From: Eledone cirrhosa
Lineage: Eukaryota
Reading direction: 5' to 3'
Length of the DNA stretch: 64,000 bases
Assembly: GCA_964016885.1 (NCBI GenBank)
Contig: OZ024762.1
Coordinates: 10,850,001-10,914,000, forward strand
Below the pieces are notes generated by a model. That model was not told where the DNA came from. It saw only the letters and a program-made list of their open reading frames with translations, and did not search any database. Below, piece after piece: positions 1-14,500 of this stretch. The first letter of the stretch is position 1. Every line of letters starts with the position of its first letter. The translations under genes and the position numbers were made by a program.

Positions 1-345
1 ATAATATAGACATATAAACATCTATAATATAGACATATAAACATCTATAATATAGACATTTAAACATCTATAATAAAGACATTTAAACATCTATAATAAA
101 GACATAGACATCTATAATATAGACATCTAGACATCTATAATAAAGACATCTAGACATCTATAATAAAGACATATAGACATCTATAATAAAGACATATAGA
201 CATCTATAATAAAGACATATAGACATCTATAATAAAGACATATAGACATCTATAATAAAGACATATAGACATCTATAATAAAGACATTTAGACATCTATA
301 ATAAAGACATTTAGACATCTATAATAAAGACATATAGACATCTAT
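1..345. repeat. 23-bp minisatellite
   Basis: (ataataaagacatatagacatct)n. Confidence 0.9.
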
Positions 346-659
346 GAGACTGTGTAGATTCTAGACAATCTCATAGATGTCTTTATTCTTATTGGCAAAA
401 TCACATTCCTTTTACATCTATGTTACTAATGATAAACTAACATCATCACCATCATTGTTTAATGTCTACTTTCTCTGCTAGTAAGGTTTGGATGTGTCAT
501 CACAGACTGATGGGGGGGGGGCGTTGAGGGTTTTACGTGGCCGTGAGGGGGGTGGGTGTGGCTAAAAAGGTTTGAGAACCTCTGTTCTAACACCTACATA
601 ACTATTTATATCTATATATAATATTTTAAAAAAAACTGCAACTACCGACATCCTTTCGA

Positions 660-936
660 GAAAACTTGGATCAACTACATCTATGCAATGGCGTACACTT
701 TACAGTCAGGAAGATGACGAACCATCTAGTAGAGATAACTATTCTTGGAGGCAATCATCAAGGAGAAAATTCATTTATTCCCAAGATTTGAGCTGCCGTT
801 CAAATTTCAAGACTTCAGTTCCGTTAGAGCCAGTTTTGCTATGACTATAAATAAAGCTGAGGGTCAGAGTCTCAAAGTCGTAGGATTAAATATGAAAGAA
901 TCAGTTTTTACTCATGGACAGTTATATATCACGTGA
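660..936 (+). mobile_element. Helitron RepHel helicase (PIF1-like) remnant
   Basis: LPFKFQ..VRASFAMTINKAEGQSLKVVGL..VFTHGQLY matches the PIF1/Helitron motifs FAMTINKSQGQ and VFSHGQLYVA; intronless, truncated and degraded. Confidence 0.8.
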
Positions 937-1429
937 CAGCTGGCTCAACGTGTCGGGGCGTATTTCGTCCATGTTTTTTTTTTTTTACAGAAAAATTATT
1001 TTCAAAAATAAAGCTAAAATATTTCGGCCGAAAGCCTAAATATTATGAGGTTTCTCTTCTCCAAGGCAAAGACGGATGCTTTATGTCCCCTAATCAACAA
1101 AAAAAATCAGCAAAATACCAATTAAAACAACTTAAATCTACGAACCTTTTGGAGCCCAGAATTGTACGTCTTACGTTTTCGTCACCAATAGTAATTAATA
1201 ACGGTTTATGATTTAGGCACAAGGCCAACAATTTGGGAGGAGGGAAAGTCGATTAAATCGATCTCAGTTCATTACTGGTACTTTATTTTATCGACAAATG
1301 AAAGGATGAACGGCAAAGTTAACATTGGCGGGATTTGAACTCAGAACGCAAAGAGCCGTAACTCTATGCCACAATGCATGGTGTCCGACACTCCACCGAT
1401 TCTGCTAATCAACCACCATACAACCTCTT

Positions 1430-2660
1430 TCGCCATGGCCACAAGACATATACAAATGGCTTTGCTTTCTTGACTAAAAGAAGGTGGCGGGACAATTTTC
1501 ACAATGGACTCGGCTGATAGCCGGATTTGTCCTAAATGCGACAGCAGGTGTTGGACATAAACCCACAAGTCAGCAATGCTCGAACATTGGACGACTGTAT
1601 GCAGGACGGCACTTCCATGCCTCTAGAGTTTATCTCGAACTGGCAAAGCTCCTAGGTAGCACTGCCAGTCCAGGGATTTCTGGAAATTACCCATTGATCC
1701 TGAACTGAAAGTCCACTCGAAAAGACGGGCTAGTTGAATTTCATCGATGCCTTGAGTTACCCCAAGAACGCCGTCGCTTTCATCCGCTATTAACCCTCTA
1801 TAGAACGGCATTTTCAATTTGGAGTTTCCACCGATCATACTGCCCGATTAACGGAGGGACTGTGAGCGCCTGAAGACATTCCAGTTTCCAAGCGCTCCCC
1901 CCTCACTCTCCGCTTGATGCAGGACTGCAGCTTCGCTAAGGAGACGAGCTGGGAGAAACATGCGCCTGGTGAACAGCGGCCACACCTGTCCACCGCTAAC
2001 GAAAAGATGGAGATGTCAAAGCCTCAACGCATCATCAGCTACGGCATTTCCAATTTTCCATACATCGAGTGTTGACAGCCGATGGACCATCGGAACACGT
2101 CCCTTCCACAAACGGAAGAGCAAACGCTCCAGTGCATTCCGACGAGGTTTAGGACAAGGCACGGTGGTCAGCCGGTCGGAGATGACGGGCGCGATGTATG
2201 CGTTCGCCACCTCTTCCCTACTTTTCAGGGACAACTTACTCTCGGCCCATTTCTGAGTGAAATTGGCTACTCCGTTCGGCACCTCGTACCAGTTTTTGTC
2301 CACCTAAAGTTCCGGACAGAACCAGACCCCCCAGCAATTTAACAGATTCCTCTATCCAGCGTCCGACGACATGGATCTGCCTCTCTGGGTGCCGAGATGC
2401 AGGCCCACCATATTTTCCTGGTTAACTGTCGCTCTTGTCAGTATTTCGTATTCCCCCAGAGCAGTGCCGTTCACCTTTATGTGTTTGGTTCTCGGCACTA
2501 CAACGATGACGTCGTCGGCATAAGTTGACAGACCCCCCCCCCCCGTGTCTTAGGTCGCCCGGGAAGCCCCTCCAAGACTCTAATTTGTGCAGTAGTGGCT
2601 CGAGAGTCAATCCATACAACAGGGGACAGCCTTGGCGGACTGAGCACATGATGTTCAATG
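1430..2660 (-). mobile_element. Degraded L1/Tx1-like non-LTR retrotransposon ORF2 fragment
   Basis: SVRQGCPL..LTLEPLL motif and, after a frameshift, TATGCCGACGAC = YADD near 2510-2521; GC-richer than flanks; several frameshifts. Confidence 0.78.
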
Positions 2661-2675
2661 GTTCCTAGAGGCCAC

Positions 2676-3340
2676 CCCAATTTCGTCTCTGTAAACCTAG
2701 ATTTCGTCATCGTAAACTCCAATTTCGTCATCATCAACTCCAATTTCGTCATCATCAACTCCAATTTCGTCTCTGTAAACTTAGATTTCGCCATCGTCAA
2801 CTCCAATTTCGTCTCTGTAAACATAGATTTCGCCATCGTCAACTCCAATTTCGTCTCTGTAAACATAGATTTCGTCATCATCAACTCCAATTTCGTCTCT
2901 GTAAACATAGATTTCGCCATCGTCAACTCCAATTTCGTCTCTGTAAACTTAGATTTCGCCATCGTCAACTCCAATTTCGTCTCTGTAAACTTAGATTTCG
3001 CCATCGTCAACTCCAATTTCGTCTCTGTAAACATAGATTTCGTCATCATCAACTCCAATTTCGTCTCTGTAAACATAGATTTCGCCATCGTCAACTCCAA
3101 TTTCGTCTCTGTAAACATAGATTTCGCCATCGTCAACTCCAATTTCGTCTCTGTAAACTTAGATTTCGCCATCGTCAACTCCAATTTCGTCTCTGTAAAC
3201 ATAGATTTCGCCATCGTCAACTCCAATTTCGTCTCTGTAAACTTAGATTTCGCCATCGTCAACTCCTATTTCCTCTCTGTAAACCTAGATTTCGTCATCG
3301 TCAACTCCAAATTCGGCATCGTAAACTTTGATTTCATCAT
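2676..3340. repeat. 42-bp minisatellite (two 21-bp subunits)
   Basis: (ctccaatttcgtctctgtaaacatagatttcgccatcgtcaa)n; explains the repetitive ORFs on both strands. Confidence 0.92.
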
Positions 3341-3373
3341 TGTTAATTATATACATACACACACACACATCAT

Positions 3374-3406
<33 letters not shown>

Positions 3407-3749
3407 CTAGACAAAATGTAAGCCATTGAGAAAGCAAGAAAACACAAAAATATTATTATTTCGTTTATTAGATTTGTTTAGAAATATTAAGTATAACACA
3501 TTTAAATAAATATTTACAAAGCATATACAATGAGGTGATTGTTTTGTATATATTACAGTCTTTGTATGTATGTGTATATATTACAAGTCATGTGTGTATG
3601 ATTGTGTATGTGTATATATATATATATATATAGGGCATATGTGTGTGTGTGTATATATATATGGGATGTATTTATATGTATATATATTTATATGTATGTA
3701 TATATATATATGGGATGCATGTATATATATATATATAGGACATGTATGC

Positions 3750-3796
<47 letters not shown>

Positions 3797-5795
3797 ACAT
3801 GTATGCATGTGTGTGTATGTATATATATATATTTATATGGGATGTATGTATATACACACAGAGCATCTGTGTATGTATATATTATATGGCATGTGTGTGT
3901 ATGTATGTATATTAACACCATATAATGTCCATTTTCCTGCTAGCAAGGGTTGGATGGGTCATTATAAACCAAGTCAATACTCCAGCAAAGTTGCTGATCT
4001 CGCAGTTGGGTCAAGATCTAGAACCTTCCTTATATTCTCACCCTCTATTGAGTGCATTTTATAGAGGTACCAGCTCTAGGAAGGTTGTGTCTTTGACACA
4101 GCTGAAAGGTCCTTGCAATCCTTTCATTGGCAGGTTTTCTCCTGTCAGGTGCCCTTCCTATCACCAACCACCAGAGAGGTTGTTATGCCTCGGGTTGGAA
4201 GTGACCCTGATGGAGGGGTTTGAGTATAGCTAAGGAGTGATAGTGACGGGGTGAAGGACACAAGAAAGGGTTAGGTCGGGTCACATTTTAAGCCGGTAAG
4301 CCGGTTTTCTCCAGTACAGCATGCTACTAGAACCTTAATTGTCAGCTCTGGTATAAGGTCCAGCCTTACTAACACATCCCATGTCTTTCTGAATCAGTCT
4401 CTTCCACAAAACCAATCAGCTGAAATTTCTCTGGACTTTAACCCTTTAGCATTTAAAATGGGCGTATCCGGCCAGAATTCTCTCACCTCTTCCTGTTTAA
4501 ACTGGCTGCTCATACTTATGCTAAAGTATTGTTCTCAAAATAAATAATATCAAAATATCATTAGATTCGATAGTATGTGAAATAAAGTGTTACAGTATAT
4601 AAAGAGTAATGTAAATGCTAAAAAGATATACATCTGCCATCTTCCATGTGTATCACATGTCGATACCAGTACAGTCTTCTGTTACACACCACCCCCAATT
4701 CCTCTTATGCCTTGATTTTTCTCTCAGATTACTTATGCTATGTTGTCCATGCACACTAAACATTACACATCCATCGAAGCATACTTGCTTCCTTTCTTTC
4801 TCAGCACTGCTGCAATCAAGCCACATGTTTCACTGCCATGTAGCAATGCAGTTCACATGCAGACATACCTTCTAGCCATCACTCTTTGAGAGAAGCCCTT
4901 TGTTGTCAGCAAGGGTAACAGTTCTCTAAACTTCTTCCAGCCTCTTCTTACTCTAGCTACCACACTTCCAGAGAATGGTTGTTTTTATCATGGCACTAAA
5001 ATGACCACCTAACAGATTGAACTGGGTGCTTTTTTAATCATGTCACCAGCATGACCCACTTAGAGAGGACTGGGCACTTTTTGTCATGTCACTAGTACAA
5101 CAAACCATGTTTCACGGTGGTCTGGGTGCTTTTTGTCATGTCACCAGCATGACCACCCAGTACTCACTGTAAATGAGGTTGGCGCTAGGAAGGGCATCGA
5201 GCTGTAAAAACCAAGCCAAAATTGGTTCTGTATGAGGAAGATATGGCATTGCTCACAACAGGATAACGCGTCTAACCCATACCAGCATGGAAAAAATGGA
5301 CGTAAAACAGTGATGACGATGACGATGATATATATCATCTGGACCTCGCTGGCCATGATGAACCTGGTGGAAGAGTGCCCCTCTGGACTCCTGGATGCAA
5401 AGAGACGACTTGGTCGGCCGCATATCATTTTGAAATCAATCAACGGGACGGACACAAGCCTCACGGGACAAGATCTTCCTGCTACAACGCTTGACCGTGG
5501 ACTCTGTAGCTTGAAATCTGTCAACGCCTCAAGGCATCAAATGACTCAACAACAAGAATATATATCATTTATTGCCTGTGTTACCTGCTAGCACATAGTT
5601 TGGACTACACACACATATATATGTGTGTGTGTGTGTATATATATATATATGTGTATGTGTATAGAGATCTGACAAATAGGACAAACAAAACTCAATATAT
5701 GGGATGTATATTTTATTATAGCTGTGAAACTAAACCAATGACTCGAGGGTCAGGAATTTTATGCATTCATATATACATATATATATATATGAATG

Positions 5796-6216
5796 GGGGC
5801 ACATGGCTTAGTGGTTAGAGGATTGGGCTTGCAATCGAAAGGTTGTGAGTTCAATTCTCAGACCGGGTGATGTGTTGTTTCCTTGAGCAAGACACTTTAT
5901 TTCACATTGTTCCAGTTTACTCAGCTGTAGAAATGAGATGATAGGGACTGGGGTCCCTATCATTCCACTGCAAAGTGGTCGTGGAGGTTGCACGGCAAAA
6001 AAAGCACCCCCCACTCACTGTGAGGTGGACGTGTAGGCGTGTCACGGTGTTAAAAAAAAAAAAAATTAAAAAAATAAAGCACCCAGCACTCACTGTAAAT
6101 GAGGTTGGTGTTAGGAAGGGCATCCAGCTGTAGAAATCAAGCCAGAATCAGTTCCCGTCCCACCCTTGCAAGCAGGGAAAAGTGGACGTAAAATGATGAT
6201 GATGATGATGGTGATG
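5796..6216 (+). mobile_element. tRNA-derived CORE-type SINE with RTE-like tail (other copies at ~10872-11210, ~24089-24428; related at ~34826-35040, ~36093-36303 and ~22000-22530 on minus)
   Basis: A box TGGCTTAGTGG, B box GAGTTCAATTC, CORE-like CCTTGAGCAAGACACTT, tail GGACGTAAAATGATGATG. Confidence 0.8.
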
Positions 6217-6769
6217 ATATATATATATATATATATATATCAAACATTATAAACACTAATTTGAGATCCAAAAGAAATAAGTTCACTGTTTTATATTCTT
6301 TCAATAGTGTTTCAATGTACGATACCCAATGTTAGCTATCGATATCAATATACATACACCTATATATATATGTGTGAGTGAGTGTATATGTAGTTAAACC
6401 CTTGCTAGCATGGAAAACAGCTGTTCAATGATATATATATATACTTTTATAAATATATACACAGGAAGTCCCACAAAATGTATACACACTTCAACAGCAT
6501 TCTAATAAATGTGTATACATTTTCTTGGGACACCTTGTATATAACAAAGAAAAAGGTGGACTACAGTTGTTTGTGCTATCAACTGCTGCTCCACTGCATT
6601 CCACGGAACAATGAAATCCCTCACTGGGATTTGAACTCCTGGCGTAGAGGTGTGAAGCTAAATACTGAAACATATTTAGTTTCACACCCTGTACCTACCC
6701 TGCATGTCTTCGAACAACTGTGTATGTGAGTGTATATACCATACATACACCAGCAAAGGCCATGCACAC

Positions 6770-6841
6770 ATTCATATATATATATATATGTACATATATA
6801 TATATATACACACATATATATATACACATATATATATACAC

Positions 6842-6873
<32 letters not shown>

Positions 6874-7089
6874 GTACACATATATATACATACATATATA
6901 TATATATATGTACACATATATATACATATATGTACACGTATATATACATATATGTACACGTATATATACATACATATATATATATATATGTACACATATA
7001 TATACATATATGTACACATATATATACATACATATATATATATATATGTACACATATATATACATATATGTACACATATATATACATAC

Positions 7090-7120
<31 letters not shown>

Positions 7121-7540
7121 TATATACATATATGTACACATATATATACATACATATATATATATATATATGTACACATATATATACATACATATATATA
7201 TATGTACACATATACATACACATCTATATATATGTACACATATATATATATATGTACACATATATATACATGTACACACATATATACATACATACATATA
7301 TATATGTACACATATATATATATACACATATATATATGTACACACATATATATATATGTACACATATATATATATATGTACACATATATATACATATGTA
7401 TATATATATATATATATGTGTGTGTGTACACATATATACATACATATGTGTGTATATATATACATACATATGTATATATATATATATATATGTATGTACA
7501 CATATGCATACATATATGTATATTCATATATATATGTACA
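6770..7540. repeat. TA/TACA compound microsatellite
   Basis: Low-complexity tract giving spurious YI-rich ORFs. Confidence 0.9.
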
Positions 7541-7821
7541 CAGGGTGTCCAGAAAATATGTATACACACTTCAACAGCATCCTCATAGATGTACATACAT
7601 ATTTTTTTTTTTTGGGGTGGTCACCCTATATGTGTGTGCCTTTGAATGTGTGAATGACAGAAGCCACTGGTGTCCACTGGTCAAGGTGCCATTCCATACC
7701 ATTCAGGCTTCTTGGTACCACACCCACCACCACCACCACCATCACAACACCTACCACCACCAATGCCACATTAACATCAGATATTCTTGAAGAGAACTTC
7801 CATGTTCCCCTGAGAAGGATT

Positions 7822-7943
7822 TCACTGGTAGGCGGCCATTTTCCTCACTTTACCCAAATCCGTCATCATACCACGAAGAGATTTCTTCAACATAGGTAAG
7901 TCTGAGGTCAGCGGTGTAGAAATCCTCTCCTTGTCTTCAAGTC
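7822..7943 (-). CDS. PHF20: PHF20-like exon 21 (last coding exon)
   Basis: ttgcag acceptor; [39 protein letters not shown]-stop. Confidence 0.92.
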
Positions 7944-10900
7944 CTGCAATGGAAGAAAATACATTATTATTGTTTGTTGTTGTTGTTGTTATCCTAAAGA
8001 TCTAAAATCTGTCTAAACCCTTTAGGAAGAAAGAAGACAACTAAGGTACCAGTCATATAATGTGGTTGAAAGAAGAAACTTGCCCAAGGTACCAGCTACA
8101 CATTGAGATTAAAACTGAATCTGAAACCACACTACTATAAAAGCTAAAGTTATGATACGTACTGTCAATCTGCTCGCCAATGGAATCAAGTCTGTGGTTG
8201 ATCTCCTGTTGTGTTTGCATGACATACTGCAGTAGATTTGTCTGGTACTCCTGGAATGGATCAACAGATACCGCCTCGGAACCTTCCACTGTATTTCCCC
8301 CACCTCTGGCACCTTCAACCCCTTCCACAATGGACTCTTCTGAACCACATATTGACGTCGGCTGAAATATAGATATGGAAATAAATGGAATTAAACTATC
8401 CTATTTCACACCAAATACTGACAACAGCAACAACAACAGTGACAACAACAACAACAACAACAGTGACAATAACAACAGCAACAGCAGTGACAATAACAAC
8501 AATGACAGCAACAACAACAGCAAAGATGGTGATATTCATATATTTCGTCAAGTTCTGAAAGTATTTACAGTAAAATAGCAAAATAAGCAAGAGAATTATA
8601 TTAGTAATACTACCCTTACAACTGTTAGTCAATTATATTAGTAATACTAACCTTACAACTGTTAGTCAATTATATTAGTAATACTACCCTTACAACTGTT
8701 AGTCAATTATATTAGTAATACTAACCTTATAACTGTTAGTCAATTAAATTAGTAATACTAACCTTACAACTGTTAGTCAATTATATTAGTAATACTAACC
8801 TTACAACTGTTAGTCGATTATATTAGTAATACTAACCTTATAACTGTTAGTCAATTAAATTAGTAATACTAACCTTACAACTGTTAGTCAATTATATTAG
8901 TAATACTAACCTTACAACTGTTAGTCAATTATATTAGTAATACTAACCTTACAACTGTTAGTCAATTATATTAGTAATACTACCCTTACAACTGTTAGTC
9001 AATTATATTAGTAATACTACCCTTACAACTGTTAGTCGATTATATTAGTAATACTAACCTTACAACTGTTAGTCAATTATATTAGTAATACTAACCTTAT
9101 AACTGTTAGTCAATTATATTAGTAATACTAACCTTACAACTGTTAGTCAATTATATTAGTAATACTAACCTTACAACTGTTAGTCAATTATATTAGTAAT
9201 ACTACCCTTACAACTGTTAGTCAATTATATTAGTAATACTAACCTTACAACTGTTAGTCAATTATATTAGTAATACTAATCTTACAACTGTTAGTCAATT
9301 ATATTAGTAATACTAACCTTACAACTGTTGTTGTTCTTGTTGTTGTTTACTGTGGATTTTAATTGAGGATCTTTTGTGTTTTCCCAAACAAATGGACCTT
9401 TATTCACCTCCCCAGACCTTTTAGAGCCTGATTCACACTGATTTAGACCATCCTTGGGAATATTAGATATTTTCCCACCGTTGGGTAGTTGACTGGATTT
9501 TGATGATGATAAAGAGGAAGACTGAGGTAATAATGACGATGACAATTCACTGTCTTTTGACCGACTTCCAGCCTCAAGATCTGCACCTGATAGGAAAAAA
9601 CATAATCACCATTATTCGCTATCTTTACCTGCAGCAGAATGTGCACTAACATCACTTAGGTCCTTCCAAAGTTTCATATTTTGTATGGCTTTGTTTGGTG
9701 TCACGACAAAAAACACCTAGTTACACTGGAAATGTGGTTGGCATTAGGAAGGGCATCCAGCTGTAGAAACTTAGCCAGAAACAGTCCTATTGAGCAAGAC
9801 ACGGTCACCTGACCTCGGCCGAATAACTGTGTGTAACTAGTAGTAGAAAGGAAGAGCAGTGCTCAAGGAATACTAACCCGAGTGATTTTTATCTGATAGG
9901 CTGTTATTAGGGGTCACTGGAGGGGCACCACCACTGGCTGTAGTAGAGGGACCACCTTTTCCCTGCTCTGACCCGGGCCCTGAATCATCAGCCTCAGAAT
10001 CTTGTTGGTCAGCTAAGATCTCGGCAGGTAGCTGAGGATCAATCGATACGGGGTCAACAAAACTTGACTCCCTTATGAAGCTGGATAGGATAGGTTTAGT
10101 ATGGAGAGGCTGAGGCTCCATATAGGACTGGTCAGTTGTGTTGTTGCTGCTGCTCTTGTGAGCTGACCAGTTTTTGGTCCACAACTTTAAGCCCTCCTTA
10201 TCACTCGATCTGCAAATGGAAACAAATACACAAATAATAATAATTTTGGATTTAGGCACAAGGGCCAACAATTAGGGATTAAGGGTTTCGAAAGAATTGA
10301 TTATTGACCACCAAAGGATGAAAGCATCTTGACAATAAGCAGGATTTATCATTTTATTTTCAATTTACTCACCCCAAGCAAGGCAATAAAGGAGTGGGGA
10401 GGTGGAAAAAATCTGAAAAATTAATCAATGGGGGTTATTCAAGACCCAAGAGTAAAATATCAGACTGTTGGTGCAGTAAATGGTGAAGACGTTTACCTCA
10501 ATACAACTTAGTCTTGGTTCCAATCTCGTGGTAAGTCTGCAGGTGTGTCTTACACCATTTTGTGGGAGCAATCAAAGCCTTGTTTGTGAAATACACACAC
10601 ACACACACATATATATATAGTCAGCCCGAAAGTAGCACAGAGGAGACAAAGCTTAGCTGGACATGCCCCACCAATATTTCAGAGTTGATACTACTCTCAG
10701 TGCTCCTGTGGAAACCCTCCACGGACACACGAGAAGAGGGAGACCGTTGGAGAGAACTCGTCCACGGATCTCGGGAGTTTTACCCACCCTAGATAGATAG
10801 AGATATATATATACACATAGACATATACACCACACACATATATATACACACACGTATATATATATATAATGGAGGCACATGGCTTAGGGGTTAGAGCATT

Positions 10901-11499
10901 GGCCTTGCAATCAAAAGGTTGTGAGTTCAATTCTCAGACCGGGTGATGTGTTGTTTCCATGAGCAAGACACTTTATTTCACATTGCTCCAGTTTACTCAG
11001 CTGTAGAAATGAGATGATAGAACTGGGGTCCGTATCATTCCACTGTAAAGTGGACGTGTAGGCGCCACGGAAAAAAAGGCACCCAGCACTCACTGTAAAT
11101 GAGATTGGTGTTAGGAAGGGCATCCATCTGTAGAAATCATGCCAGAATCAGTTCCCGTCCCACCCTTGCAAGCAGGGAAAATCGGACGTAAAATGAAACG
11201 AAACGACGATACATACACACACCTATAAAATAAAATTTGCAATAAACAAATTAACTCACAGAGACAGCTTGATCTGTCGTTTAATACCATAAAGTACGTC
11301 AATGATATTGTGTAAGTCACCGACTAGACTGTTGGTAGCAAGGATTCTGTTGATGGTTTCACTTTCATCATTGCTAGTATCAACAAAACTGAAGCCAGGT
11401 AATTGACCAAGTTTCAACCAATCTTGGTCATAGATATACTTGGCACTAGGACGAAGACCTGATATAGAGAACAATGTGATAGATGTATGAAACAGGAGC

Positions 11500-11539
<40 letters not shown>

Positions 11540-14500
11540 TGTTTCTACCATAGGCACAAGGCCAGCAATTTGAAGGGGAAGGGGAAAGTCAATTAAATCA
11601 ACCCCAGTGCATTACTAGTACTTTATTTTATCGACTCCCGTAAGGATGAAAGACAAAGCTAACCTCGGTGGGATGTAAAGGGCCATGTCTATAAGCTGCA
11701 AAGTTGTCTGGTGCCCTTCTGACACTGCTAATCTACTGCCCTAATCCTCTAACCCTTTAGCATTTACATTACTCTATATATACTATTGTATTTTTACAGT
11801 AAAGGCTTTATCTCACATAATATCTCACATAACATTTACATTACTCTATATTTACTATTGTATTTTCACAGTAAAGACTTTACCTCACATAATATCTCAC
11901 ATAACATTTACATTACTCTATATTTACTACTGTATTTTCACAGTAAAGACTTTACCTCACATAATATCTCACATAACATTTACATTACTCTATATTTACT
12001 ATTGTATTTTCACAGTAAAGGATTTATCTCACATAACATTTACATCACTCTATATATACTATTGTATTTTCACAGTAAAGGCTTTACCTTACATAATAAC
12101 TCACATAACATTTACATTACTCTATATATACTATTGTATTTTCACAGTAAAGGCTTTACCTCACATAATATCTCACATAACATTTACATTACTCTATATA
12201 TACTATTGTATTTTCACAGTAAAGGCTTTATCTCACATAATATCTCACATAACATTTACATTACTCTATATTTACTATTGTATTTTCACAGTAAAGACTT
12301 TACCTCACATAATATCTCACATAACATTTACATTACTCTATATTTACTATTGTATTTTCACAGTAAAGGATTTATCTCACATAACATTTACATCACTCTA
12401 TATATACTATTGTATTTTCACAGTAAAGGCTTTACCTCACATATCTCACATAACATTTACATTACTCTATATATACTATTGTATTGTCACAGTAAAGGCT
12501 TTACCTCACATAATATCTCACATAACATTTACATTACTCTATATATACTATTGTATTGTCACAGTAAAGGCTTTACCTCACATAATATCTCACATAACAT
12601 TTACATTACTCTATATATACTATTGTATTGTCACAGTAAAGGCTTTACCTCACATAATATCTCACATAACATTTACATTACTCTATATATACTATTGTAT
12701 TTTCACAGTAAAGGCTTTACCTCACATAATATCTCACATAACATTTACATTACTCTATATATACTATTGTATTGTCACAGTAAAGGCTTTACCTCACATA
12801 ATATCTCACATAACATTTACATTACTCTATATATACTATTGTATTGTCACAGTAAAGGCTTTACCTCACATAATATCTCACATAACATTTACATTACTTT
12901 ATATATACTATTGTATTGTCACAGTAAAGGCTTTACCTCACATAATATCTCACATAACATTTACATTACTCTATATATACTATTGTATTGTCACAGTAAA
13001 GGCTTTACCTCACATAATATCTCACAACATTTACATTACTCTATATATACTATTGTATTGTCACAGTAAAGGCTTTACCTCACATAATATCTCACATAAC
13101 ATTTACATTACTCTATATATACTATTGTATTGTCACAGTAAAGGCTTTACCTCACATAATATCTCACATAACATTTACATTACTCTATATATACTATTGT
13201 ATTGTCACAGTAAAGGCTTTACCTCACATAATATCTCACATAACATTTACATTACTCTATATATACTATTGTATTGTCACAGTAAAGGCTTTACCTCACA
13301 TAATATCTCACATAACATTTACATTACTCTATATATACTATTGTATTGTCACAGTAAAGGCTTTACCTCACATAATATCTCACAACATTTACATTACTCT
13401 ATATATACTATTGTATTGTCACAGTAAAGGCTTTACCTCACATAATATCTCACATAACATTTACATTACTCTATATATACTATTGTATTGTCACAGTAAA
13501 GGCTTTACCTCACATAATATCTCACATAACATTTACATTACTCTATATATACTATTGTATTGTCACAGTAAAGGCTTTACCTCACATAATATCTCACATA
13601 ACATTTACATTACTTTATATATACTATTGTATTTTCACAGTAAAGGCTTTACCTCACATAACATTTACATTACTCTATATATACTATTGTATTTTCACAG
13701 TAAAGGCTTTACCACACATAATATTGAATTAACATCAGAATTAGTGGCCAGTTACAGCCGGTTTGAACAGAAAAAGGTGAGAAAATTCTGGCAGGTCCGG
13801 CCAGTTTAAATGCTGAAGGGTTAACATTTACATTACTCTATAGTTAGTATTGTATTTTCTCAGTAAAAGCTTTATCTCACATAATATCGAAGCTATGAGA
13901 TTTTGATGTTATTTATTTTGAGAACAATAACTTAACATCAGTATGAGTGGTCAGTTATGGCTGGTTTGAACAGAAAGCGGTGAGAGAATTCTGGCCGGAT
14001 ATGGCCGGTTTGAATGCTAAAGGGTTAATGAGAATTTTTTCTAACATTGGCAACATGCCACACAGTGGGTTCAAACCTGGAATATTGTGATTATGAAGTA
14101 TACTTCTTAATCATTTGGCCATGCTGGAGCCCCAGTACTATCATGAAATAAATCATCACCATCATCACCATCGTTTAACGTCTATCTTCCACGCTAGCAT
14201 GGGTTAGATGGGAATTGTGCCACTCAAGGCAAGATTAATCGGGTGACCGTGTCTCGCTCATATAGGACTGAAGTATCTTCGTGAAAAACAAAAAAACACA
14301 ATGCATTACTTGGTCCAGGAATGAACCCATGACCTTATGACCTTGAGCCGAACACCCTAACCTCTAACCTAGAGCCAAACACCCTAACCTCTAGGCCAAG
14401 AGCCGAACACCCTAACCTCTAGGCCAAGAGCCGAACACCCTAACCTCTAGCCAAGAGCCAAACACCCTAACCTCTAGGCCAAGAGCCGAACACCCTAACC

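Noticed and set aside
2498-3410. Two ~250-aa overlapping antiparallel ORFs
   Set aside because: A 42-bp minisatellite with no stop in one frame on each strand.
5796-5870. tRNA-like A and B boxes (many copies)
   Set aside because: They are SINE heads continuing into CORE or Meta domains, not full cloverleaf tRNA genes.
11786-13809. 427-aa and 124-132-aa repetitive ORFs
   Set aside because: Read-through of a 72-bp MITE-derived array; single-unit deletions break the frame, and it is antisense within intron 16.
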